In this document: positions 1 to 8,053 of the stretch, one piece after another
Layout of the letters: every line of letters begins with the position of its first letter
How positions within the stretch are numbered: the stretch's first letter is position 1
DNA from: an uncultured cyanobacterium
GTDB lineage: Bacteria > Cyanobacteriota > Cyanobacteriia > Leptolyngbyales > Leptolyngbyaceae
Assembly: GCA_963766075.1 (NCBI GenBank)
Contig: CAVYAN010000077.1
Location: 1-31,284, forward strand
Direction: 5' to 3'
DNA: 31,284 bases
Program-made: the position numbers and the translations under genes
Notes under the pieces: model-generated
Seen by the model: only the letters and a program-made list of their open reading frames with translations
Databases searched by the model: none
What the model was told of the DNA's origin: nothing

Positions 1-478
1 TGAATATCAACCAGTCGCCGTTTAATGTGGGGTTGCCGATTGAGCTGCCGGAGTTTACGGCGGACCAGGTGCAGGATTTCGCGGGACGGCTGGGCTGACC
101 TGGAATACGTCGCAGATCGTGCGGTTGATGGGCATGGTGGGAGGCCATCCCTATCTGGTGCGGTTGGCGTTGTACCACATTCACCGAGGCGATACGACAC
201 TGGAGGGGCTGTTGCGGGAGGCGGCGACGGAGGCGGGCTTGTATGGCGATCACCTGCGGCGGCATTTGTGGAATTTGGAGCAGCATCCGGAGTTGGCGGC
301 GGCAGTGCGGCAGTTGGTGGCGACGGATGGGGCGGTGCGGTTGCCGTCGGTGCAGGGGTTTCAGTTGCACAGTATGGGGTTGGTGGATTTGCAGGGGAAT
401 GATGTGATGTTCCGCAGTGAGCTGTATCGGGCGTATTTCCGCGATCGCCTATGCCCAGACACCACCCGGACCCGTTGA
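1..478 (+). pseudogene. AAA_35 (STAND-like NTPase) C-terminal part, copy A; 5' end outside the window; frameshift near 90
   Basis: Reads NINQSPFNVGLPIELPEF...GGHPYLVRLALYH...LYRAYFRDRL, typical of AAA_35 C-termini. Near-identical to the reverse complement of 2620-3097 but one base shorter at about 90 (cggc-tggg vs cggcatggg). Confidence 0.8.
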
Positions 479-480
479 CC

Positions 481-1377
481 ATGACCCGCACACCCTTTGA
501 CCAGTTTAGTAAGCAGCTTTTAGAGACGTTTCTCTCGCCCTTGGGTGCAGTCAATGTCAATCGGGAAGTACCGGGGGAATCGCGCTGGATTGATGTTTGG
601 TTTGAACCGACGGTCCAAGGGGCGATCGCACCGAAAACTCTGGGGCTGTTGGGCCAGATAGCCGTAACGCCCTGTTTGATCGAGCCTTTTCGCAATCCAC
701 CGTCTTGGCTGGACGTATGTAACTGTAAGCACAAGTTGTTTTCGATCTTTGGTGAGTTGTAGCGGCAGGCGGAGCGAGAAAAGCGATCGCTGCCCGCCAA
801 CCTAGAGGGGTTGCCCTGGCTGTGGATTCTGACGCCCTCCGCTTCTGAGAATCTGCTGGCTCAGCTAGACGTATCTGGGGATGCCGATTGGCTGCCCGGA
901 ATCTACTTTGACCGAGCCGATCGCACGGCGCTCATCGCCATTAACCAATTGCCCTGTACAGAAGAGACGCTATGGGTGCGACTATTGGGACGAGGTAAAA
1001 CGCAGGAGCGGGCGATCTCCGAAGTGCTGGCGTTTCCAACCACTGATCCCCGTCGGTTGGATACTTTACAATTGCTAGTAACCTGGAAAATTAGTTTAGA
1101 AGTCACTAATCTCGTTCAACAGGAGGAGAATGACGTCATGGTTCAGTTATCGCAGGTCTATCTGGAATGGGAGCAGCAGACCCAGCAGCAAGGGGTTGAA
1201 CGCGGCGAGCGGATGATGGTTTTGCGGCTTCTGACGCGTAAAGTGGGGGAGTTGCCCGCCGAGGTGCGATCGCAAATCGATCTCTTGACGATTCCTCAAC
1301 TCGAAAGTCTCGGTGAAGCTTTGTTGGATTTCGCTGATTTCGCTGATTTAACCCTGTGGTTGGCGGCGCAGGCTTAA
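481..1377 (+). pseudogene. Rpn-like / DUF4351-domain protein, copy A, with in-frame TAG at 760-762
   Basis: ORFs 451..762 and 811..1377 are in the same frame. The paralog at 1672..2616 has CAG (Gln) at the TAG position. The C-terminus [12 protein letters not shown]...[11 protein letters not shown]...L..WL is DUF4351-like. Confidence 0.8.
1138..1377 (+). CDS. Putative internally initiated small DUF4351 protein (79 aa, RpnS-like)
   Basis: AGGAGGAG at 1121-1128, 9 nt before an in-frame ATG at 1138; the same sequence is present in the second copy. Confidence 0.5.
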   Translation: MVQLSQVYLEWEQQTQQQGVERGERMMVLRLLTRKVGELPAEVRSQIDLLTIPQLESLGEALLDFADFADLTLWLAAQA

Positions 1378-1451
1378 CGATCGCCCATTCCACCCCGAGT
1401 CCATCTGCTGGTCCCATCTTGCCTGGTCCCTCTTCAAACGCGAAAATCACC

Positions 1452-1672
1452 ATGTCTTTGCTGAGTTCTGGTTCTTTTTATCAAGTGGGCGGCACGTTGC
1501 CGGGGGATAGTCCGGCCTATGTGACGCGGCAGGCGGATGGGGAACTGTATGAAGGGCTGCGGGCGGGGGAGTTTTGCTATGTGCTGAATTCGCGGCAGAT
1601 GGGCAAGTCGAGTTTGCGGGTGCGGACGATGCAGCGGTTGCAGGCGGAGGGGGTGGCCTGTGCGGCGATCGC
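1452..1672 (+). pseudogene. Truncated N-terminus of a second AAA_35 protein
   Basis: [16 protein letters not shown]...[28 protein letters not shown] (P-loop). Family similarity ends at CAAI, at HIP1 1665-1672, where the frame runs into the antisense of the DUF4351 gene. Confidence 0.8.
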
Positions 1673-1959
1673 TAAGCCTGCGCCGCCAACCACAAAGTTA
1701 AATCAGCCAAGCTAGCAAAATCGAACAAAGCTTCACCGAGATTTTCGAGTTGAGGACTCGTCAAGCGATCGATTTGCGATCGCACCTCGGCGGGCAACTC
1801 ACCCACTTTATAAGTCAAACCCCGCAGAACCATCATCCGCTCACCGCGCTCAATCCCTTGCTCAATCCCTTGCTCAATCCCTTGCTCGAACCCTTCCTTA
1901 ATCCCTTCCTGTTTGGTCTGCTGCTGCCATTCCAGATAGACCTGCGATAGCTGAACCAT
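1672..1959 (-). CDS. Putative internally initiated small DUF4351 protein (95 aa, RpnS-like)
   Basis: Minus-strand AGGAGGAG at 1976-1969, 9 nt before an in-frame ATG at 1959. Confidence 0.5.
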   Translation of the reverse strand: MVQLSQVYLEWQQQTKQEGIKEGFEQGIEQGIEQGIERGERMMVLRGLTYKVGELPAEVRSQIDRLTSPQLENLGEALFDFASLADLTLWLAAQA

Positions 1960-2616
1960 GACGTCATTCTCCTCCTGTTGCACGAGATTAGTGACTTCTA
2001 AACTAATTTTCCAGGCTACTAGCAATTGTAAAGTATTCGACCGACGGGGATCGGTGGTCGGAAACGCCAGAACTTCCGCGATCGCCCGTTCCTGAGTTTT
2101 GCCCCGCCCCAGTAGCCTCACCCATAGCGTCTCTTCCGTACAGGGCAATTGGTTAATCGCCACCAGCGCCGTGCGATCGGCCCGATCAAAATAGATGCCG
2201 GGTAGCCCATCGGCATCCGGAGCCACCTCTAGCTGTGCCAACAGATTCTCAGACGCAGAGGGCGTCAAAATCCACAGCCAGGGAAACCCATCTAAGTTGG
2301 TGGGCAGCGATCGCTTCTCGCGCTCCGCCTGCCGCTGTAACTCACCAAAGATCGAAAATAACTTGTGCTTACAGTTACACACATCCAGCCAAGACGGCGG
2401 ATTGCGAAAGGTTTCAATCAGGCAAGGAGTCACGGCGATCGTGCCCAGCAACCCTAGCGTTTCAGGGGCGATCGCAGGCGGTGCGGACGGCTCAAACCAG
2501 ACATCAATCCAGCGCGATTCCCCCGGCACTTCCCGATTGACATTGACTGCACCCAAGGGCGAGAGAAACGTCTCTAAAAGCTGTTTACTAAACTGGTCAA
2601 AGGGTGTGCGGGTCAT
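1672..2616 (-). CDS. Rpn-like / DUF4351-domain protein, copy B (intact, 314 aa)
   Basis: Cyanobacterial [14 protein letters not shown]...IDVWFEP family N-terminus, (EQGI)n linker and DUF4351-like C-terminus. Confidence 0.85.
   Translation of the reverse strand: MTRTPFDQFSKQLLETFLSPLGAVNVNREVPGESRWIDVWFEPSAPPAIAPETLGLLGTIAVTPCLIETFRNPPSWLDVCNCKHKLFSIFGELQRQAEREKRSLPTNLDGFPWLWILTPSASENLLAQLEVAPDADGLPGIYFDRADRTALVAINQLPCTEETLWVRLLGRGKTQERAIAEVLAFPTTDPRRSNTLQLLVAWKISLEVTNLVQQEENDVMVQLSQVYLEWQQQTKQEGIKEGFEQGIEQGIEQGIERGERMMVLRGLTYKVGELPAEVRSQIDRLTSPQLENLGEALFDFASLADLTLWLAAQA
1849..1908 (-). repeat. 12-bp coding tandem repeat encoding [20 protein letters not shown]
   Basis: ctcaatcccttg x3 plus degenerate units; absent from copy A. 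Confidence 0.85.
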
Positions 2617-2619
2617 GGG

Positions 2620-4325
2620 TCAACGGGTTCGTGGGGGGTCTGGGCATAGGCGATCGCGGAAATAGGCCCGATACAGCTCACTGCGGAACATCACATCATT
2701 CCCCTGCAAATCCACTAACCCCATACTGTGCAACTGAAACCCCTGCACCGACGGCAACCGCACCGCCCCATCCGTCGCCACCAACTGCCGCACCGCCACC
2801 CCAACTCCGGATGCTGCTCCAAATTCCACAAATGCCGCCGCAGGTGATCGCCATACAAGCCCGCCTCCGTCGCCGCCTCTCGCAACAGCCCCTCCAGCGT
2901 CGTATCGCCTCGGTGAATGTGGTACAACGCCAACCGCACCAGATAGGGATGGCCCCCCACCATGCCCATCAACCGCCCAATCTGCGACGTATTCCAGCTC
3001 AGCCCATGCCGCCCCGCCAAATCCTGCACCTGGTCCGCCGTAAACTCCGGCAGCTCAATCGGCAACCCCACATTAAACGGCGACTGGTTGATATTCATCG
3101 GAATATACACCTCCGTCGAATGCACCACCACCAGCCGAAACCGCTTCCACAGCTCACTGCTCTTGCCCATCTCGTGCCAGTTCCGCAGCAAGCCAAAAAA
3201 GTCACGCGGCAATCGATCAAATGCTGAAACACCATGTCCACCTCATCCAGACACAGCACCAGCGGCTTGTTCAACGTCGGCAACAAATACTCCTCAAAAT
3301 AGGCCGTGCAATTGTCCTTGCTGCCAAACACCTCATCCCAGTAATCATTCAGCCGATTCGGAATCTGGAGCCGCCGCCCCACACTGGCCGCAAACCAGCG
3401 CAAAAACTTATCCAAATCGCCAAACACCACCGAATCCGCCACCTGAAAACTCAGCGGCACCCCCAGACAGCCCTGCTGCTCCCCATGGCGCAAAATCCGC
3501 GACATCAGCGACGTTTTGCCCATCTGCCGCGGTGCCTTAATCCGAATCAGCGCCCCCGGTGTGGCGATCGCCTCATAGCACCGCGCCTCAATCTTGCCCC
3601 GCTCCACATAAAACTGCGACGCCAAATCCACCTGCCCCCCCGGCAGTTCCGGCTCCGCCACCGGCAACGGCGGCATCTGGACGGATTCCTGCTGGGCAAA
3701 GGCTTCGGCGATCGCGGGCGGATCCAACCCCTCCGTCGCAGAGCGGCTTACCCTCGGACTGTACCGTTGCATCCACCGCGCGGACCGCCGTGGTCTCCCC
3801 ACGCCGCGCCGCCCCCTCCTGCATCAACGCCAGCACCTCCGCCAAAATCACCGGCGTATCCTCGGCAGTCCGCCATTCCCGCTGCTGAATCCGTTGCAGA
3901 TAGCCGCGCAAATCGTAGTTCAGAGGAGCGGCGATCGGAAAATTCACCCGAATCGGCAGCAGCATCGGCTTGCCGGTTTGATCGCGCAGTTGCTTCGCCC
4001 GCCGCACCTCCTCCGTCACCATTTCGCTCACCGCCGACTGCTCCGACAGCAACAGCAGAAAATAATCACACCGTTCCAGTTCCAGATCAATCCGCCGCGC
4101 CCAATCGTCGCCCAGCCGCAGGCTCTCCCCCGCCATAAAGGCGCTGTATCCCTCCGCCTCCAGCACCTGGTGGAACTCCTGCGCCAAACTCATGTCCGGG
4201 TCACGGCTGCGATAGCTAATAAACACCGCCGCTCTACCGACGGGCGCTTCGGGGGGCACGGTACCAACGGGAGCCGTATTCCCCACGGGAGCCGGATTAT
4301 TATTCGGAATCAGGGAACTCATCAC
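2620..4325 (-). pseudogene. TIR domain + AAA_35 NTPase fusion, split by frameshifts at about 3745, 3215 and 2800 (real or sequencing error)
   Basis: TIR motifs VFISY...CDYFLLLLSEQSAVSEMVTEEV; AAA_35 motifs IKAPRQMGKTSL, LVLCLDEVD, DFFGLLRNWHE, SPFNVG, GGHPYLV spread over four overlapping ORFs. Confidence 0.85.
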
Positions 4326-4789
4326 GCAACACCAGGAATAGAGCAGGAGCTAGCCATTGGCTAAAATGCTCATCCCTACAAAATAATCGCCTTCTGAACA
4401 GAAGCGGGAGAAAGTACGCAATAAATTTCGTTTTTGGCGGAGATGCGCTTCCGGAGGGTCTGCTAGCGGGTTGCTGTGGCTACTCATTTAGCCCCGTGGC
4501 ATCAAAATACTGCCGTAAAACAATCAAAACACCAGCCCCTAGCCCGTCTCCGCTAGAGCAACCTCAGCACTGCACCCATCCTAGGTTCCATCAAGCCCAA
4601 AACCTTGCGACCCTCGGACCCACCGAACCCGCCATTCACTCGTGTTGAGGCCACTCCCGTGTTGAGACCACTTACGAGGGGAGACCATCGGTGCAGAGAC
4701 GTATACTCTCCTGGGTGCGCTATAGCATTGACGCCAGTGCCTCTAGAAATTACAAAATTCCTCCTGACAGTTTTTTCTAATTTCTTAAT

Positions 4790-4854
4790 TTTTCCACAGC
4801 TTTTCCACAGCTTTTGCGGCAAGTTTTCCACAGTCTTTCGCCCGCTTCTCCACA
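4790..4854 (+). promoter_or_regulatory. Cluster of DnaA-box-like motifs next to an AT-rich tract
   Basis: TTTTCCACA at 4790, 4801 and 4824, and TTCTCCACA at 4846; same orientation, about 11-bp phasing; AT-rich 4746-4790. Confidence 0.6.
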
Positions 4855-4977
4855 GCCCTCTCCCTTAACGACTTTTTAACGCATAGGACACCGAACGATG
4901 ATGAGCAACGTATTCAAGGAAAAAGCCCTCCAAAGTCGCATCGTGACAGCCTTACTACCGCCCAGATTCGCCAGCGC

Positions 4978-5835
4978 CTAAAGGCGCAGCAGTCCCTGGA
5001 TTAAGCCTTCGCACACGCCCGTCATAAAGTCGAGATCGAGGGTTTCCAGTCGATCGCTCTCTCGGTGGTAATGTGGATTCCGCAAAAATGCCGTATCCGT
5101 GACCATAATCGCCGGATAGCCCCGATCCCAAAATGGGGCATGATCACTCAGACGCGTCGCCTGAACCAACCGACCATCACGCCCTGCGGGGAGCCAGCGA
5201 CTACGGGTGCCCGCTTGGGCCATCCCCCCACAAAGGCGGACCATATCCCAGGTGGTAGACCAATTGCCAATCAGCCCAATAAAGTTGCCCCGGTGGGGAT
5301 AGAAATATTGCAAGCCCGGTGGGTAGCGCTGGGAATGGGGGGCGTGGGAACAATAGCCCAGCATTTCCAACGACAACATCAACCGCAGCGGCTGTTGCTG
5401 CTGCCAGAGCCTTTGGGCATAGTCTTGGCTACCCAACAGCCCGTATTCTTCAAGATCAAAGGCAATCAGGTGGACCGGATAGCGGAGAGGCTGGGCCGCA
5501 AACTGGCGCGCCAGTTCCAGCAGCACCGCCACGCCACTGGCATTATCATCGGCACCGGGCGTACCGGGCACCCCATCATAATGAGCCCCGATCAAAATCG
5601 GCGATCGCCCCTCAAATCCTGGCTGCGCCGGCAATTTCAAGATTAAATTCGTGTGAGTTCTGGATTTTAGCTGAAACGGATAGACCTCAACGGGACCCCA
5701 GTGCTGCAACTGGCGCTGGATATAGTTCTGGACATAGAAATGTCCCGCCGTAGCCAAGTAGGGATCGCGATCGCGGGCCACCTCGCACAGGTGATCGTAA
5801 AGGCGGCTTTTGAGAGCAGTTTGGGGGTCAGACAT
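4978..5835 (-). CDS. M28 family metallopeptidase
   Basis: IGAHYD...PGADDNASG, FDLEEYGLLGS, SDHAPF and YHRESD motifs. Confidence 0.9.
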   Translation of the reverse strand: MSDPQTALKSRLYDHLCEVARDRDPYLATAGHFYVQNYIQRQLQHWGPVEVYPFQLKSRTHTNLILKLPAQPGFEGRSPILIGAHYDGVPGTPGADDNASGVAVLLELARQFAAQPLRYPVHLIAFDLEEYGLLGSQDYAQRLWQQQQPLRLMLSLEMLGYCSHAPHSQRYPPGLQYFYPHRGNFIGLIGNWSTTWDMVRLCGGMAQAGTRSRWLPAGRDGRLVQATRLSDHAPFWDRGYPAIMVTDTAFLRNPHYHRESDRLETLDLDFMTGVCEGLIQGLLRL

Positions 5836-5853
5836 GGGGCTAGGGCAGGGCGA

Positions 5854-6807
5854 TTAAACAAATTCTCCCCGCGCGACTAGGATAACGCGACCGCCCACAG
5901 AAACCGTGATGGCCTCGCGCCCGGAGTCCGCATCAACCTGCTTTTCCGCTTGCAGCAGTAACAGCGCAGGGCGATCGATTTCATAGCCTTGTTCAACCCG
6001 AATATCCACGGGATGCTGGCCAAAATAGCCATACTCCGCCAAATAGCCCGCCAAGCAGCCATTGGCACTTCCCGTAGCCGGATCTTCGGGAATGCCGAGG
6101 GCATGGGCAAAAACCCGAACGCTCAGGTGATTCGCCGCGTGGCGGGTTTCCGGGCAAAAGACCAGAATTTGTTTGGCCTGAAGCGGCTCGACCCAGCGAA
6201 ACAGGGCTTCTGTATGCACGCGGATGCGTTGCAGCGCGGCCAGTGTGGTGACCGGGACGATGATGAAGGGCACGCCGGTAGACACCTCTTGGATCGGGAA
6301 GCGGCGATCGCACTCCGCCACCGTCAACCCCAAAATCGGTGCCATATCCTCCACCGCCAACACCTGGCCAAAGGTCGGCGGATTTTGGCGCATCCACAGC
6401 CGCTCAGCCTCTGGAGCCTGGGCCACATCCAAAGTAGACCCAGGGACCGGATCCGGGTAGAACAGGTTCACTGGAATTTGGCCCACGGGCAGATTCAGGG
6501 TTACCGTGGCCACGGGGTGCTGAATGATTTGTTGTTGCAGAATATAGGCCGTACCCAAGGTCGGGTGTCCCGCGAAGGGCAACTCCTGAACGGGGGTAAA
6601 AATCCGCACATCGTAGCCACTGTTCCGCGCCGTTGAGTCCAGAATGAACGTCGTTTCGGAATAATTAATTTCTTGGGCAATCCGCTGCATTTGGGGCGTC
6701 GTGAGATGCCCCGCCTCGGTAAAGACGGCCAGTTGATTGCCGGCATATTTTTCTTCGGCAAAAACATCGACGATCGAGAACCTCAGGGGGGATTGGAGTT
6801 TTGTCAT
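5854..6807 (-). CDS. PhzF family (DAP-epimerase-like) isomerase
   Basis: VDVF...GNQLAV, SETTF, ELPFAGHPTLG, EDPATGSANG motifs. Start chosen at ATG 6807; the ORF extends to 6825. Confidence 0.9.
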   Translation of the reverse strand: MTKLQSPLRFSIVDVFAEEKYAGNQLAVFTEAGHLTTPQMQRIAQEINYSETTFILDSTARNSGYDVRIFTPVQELPFAGHPTLGTAYILQQQIIQHPVATVTLNLPVGQIPVNLFYPDPVPGSTLDVAQAPEAERLWMRQNPPTFGQVLAVEDMAPILGLTVAECDRRFPIQEVSTGVPFIIVPVTTLAALQRIRVHTEALFRWVEPLQAKQILVFCPETRHAANHLSVRVFAHALGIPEDPATGSANGCLAGYLAEYGYFGQHPVDIRVEQGYEIDRPALLLLQAEKQVDADSGREAITVSVGGRVILVARGEFV

Positions 6808-6873
6808 GAGTGCGTGGAGTGGCAAAGCCAGGATACTTTAGAATGAGATGTTGGTTTGACGCAACGAGGAATC

Positions 6874-7857
6874 ATGGCAGAAACGTTTTTCTTTAATGCT
6901 CTGCGAGAAGCGATCGACGAAGAAATGCAGCGCGATCCTACCGTCCTAGTGATGGGGGAAGACATTGGGCATTATGGCGGTTCCTACAAAGTCACGAAGG
7001 ATTTGTATAAAAAGTACGGTGACCTGCGGCTGCTCGATACACCGATCGCCGAAAACAGCTTTACGGGCATGGCCGTGGGTGCTGCGATGACAGGGTTGCG
7101 TCCGATTATCGAAGGCATGAACATGGGGTTCTTGCTGCTAGCCTTTAACCAAATCGCCAACAACGCTGGAATGTTGCGCTATACCTCCGGCGGCAATTTC
7201 AAAATTCCCCTGGTGATTCGGGGGCCGGGTGGGGTGGGCCGCAACCTGGGTGCAGAACACTCGCAGCGTTTAGAAGCCTATTTTCAAGCCGTACCGGGGC
7301 TCAAGATTGTGGCCGCTTCGACCCCCTATAACGCCAAGGGATTGTTGAAGGCCGCCATTCGGGACAACAATCCCGTGCTGTTCTTCGAGCATGTGCTGCT
7401 GTACAACCTAAAGGAAGATTTGCCGGAGGGGGAATATATTTGCCCGCTGAATAAAGCCGAGGTGGTGCGATCGGGCAAGGATGTAACAATTCTTACCTAC
7501 TCCCGGATGCGCTACCACGCGATGCAAGCGGTCAAGACCCTGGAGAAGGAAGGCTACGATCCAGAGGTGATCGATTTGGTTTCCCTGAAGCCGCTGGACT
7601 TTGACACGATTGGCGCTTCGATTCGCAAAACCCACCGGGTCATCATCGTCGAGGAATGTATGCGGACGGGCGGCATTGGGGCCGAATTGACCGCTTCGAT
7701 TAACGATCGCCTCTTCGATGAACTCGACGCGCCCGTTATCCGTCTGTCATCCCAGGATATTCCCACGCCCTACAACGGCACCCTGGAAAACTTAACCATC
7801 GTGCAACCGGCCCAAATTGTGGAAGCGGTGCAAAAAATGGTAGCCCTCAAGGTCTAA
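6874..7857 (+). CDS. pdhB: Pyruvate dehydrogenase E1 beta subunit
   Basis: [18 protein letters not shown]...[37 protein letters not shown] before ATG 6874. Confidence 0.97.
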   Translation: MAETFFFNALREAIDEEMQRDPTVLVMGEDIGHYGGSYKVTKDLYKKYGDLRLLDTPIAENSFTGMAVGAAMTGLRPIIEGMNMGFLLLAFNQIANNAGMLRYTSGGNFKIPLVIRGPGGVGRNLGAEHSQRLEAYFQAVPGLKIVAASTPYNAKGLLKAAIRDNNPVLFFEHVLLYNLKEDLPEGEYICPLNKAEVVRSGKDVTILTYSRMRYHAMQAVKTLEKEGYDPEVIDLVSLKPLDFDTIGASIRKTHRVIIVEECMRTGGIGAELTASINDRLFDELDAPVIRLSSQDIPTPYNGTLENLTIVQPAQIVEAVQKMVALKV

Positions 7858-7869
7858 ACTAAAGGCCCA

Positions 7870-7900
7870 GAAGTTGCAGAGCCTGACGCCCTGCAACTTC
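7870..7900 (+). terminator. 10-bp stem hairpin after pdhB (terminator or stability element; no U-tract)
   Basis: gaagttgcag / ctgcaacttc inverted repeat with an 11-nt loop. Confidence 0.5.
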
Positions 7901-8053
7901 CAAATCCTAGGAATGGCATTTCTTGATTAAAGCATTTCTTGATTAAACCTGACTCCCTAGCGTTTTCCCTGCCTTTCTATGCAGCTTGAGGTGGCTGATG
8001 GCTGCGTTACAATCCCCGCTAACCCTGCTAACCCCTGCGCCCTTTGATTTTCT

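Larger units (their letters stand above)
1..3097. repeat. Large diverged inverted repeat: arm A 1-1377, arm B 1672-3097, spacer about 295 bp
   Basis: Base 1 (tgaatatcaacc...) matches the reverse complement starting at 3097. Both arms end at ...GCGCAGGCTTA(A/G)CGATCGC. Arm B is about 48 bp longer because of an EQGI repeat expansion. Confidence 0.95.

Noticed and set aside
760..762. Pyrrolysine or programmed readthrough at the TAG
   Set aside because: The paralog has CAG here, so a C>T change is simpler; no pyl genes are in the window.
1..3097. Inverted arms as a composite transposon or IS pair
   Set aside because: No DDE or HUH transposase, terminal inverted repeats or target-site duplication is recognisable; the arms consist of AAA_35 and DUF4351 coding sequence.
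2604..4364. Long plus-strand ORFs (2604..3227, 3221..4138, 3894..4364) and similar antisense ORFs elsewhere
   Set aside because: Shadow frames of GC-rich genes on the opposite strand, Pro/Arg-rich and without motifs.
4553..4746. Calling the structured region 6S RNA (ssrS)
   Set aside because: The size fits, but I cannot match conserved 6S sequence or the usual purK context; left as an unassigned candidate.
4553..4868. ORFs 4553..4831 (-) and 4605..4868 (+)
   Set aside because: No recognisable motif or RBS; the LWKSCGK-type sequence is simply the DnaA-box array translated.
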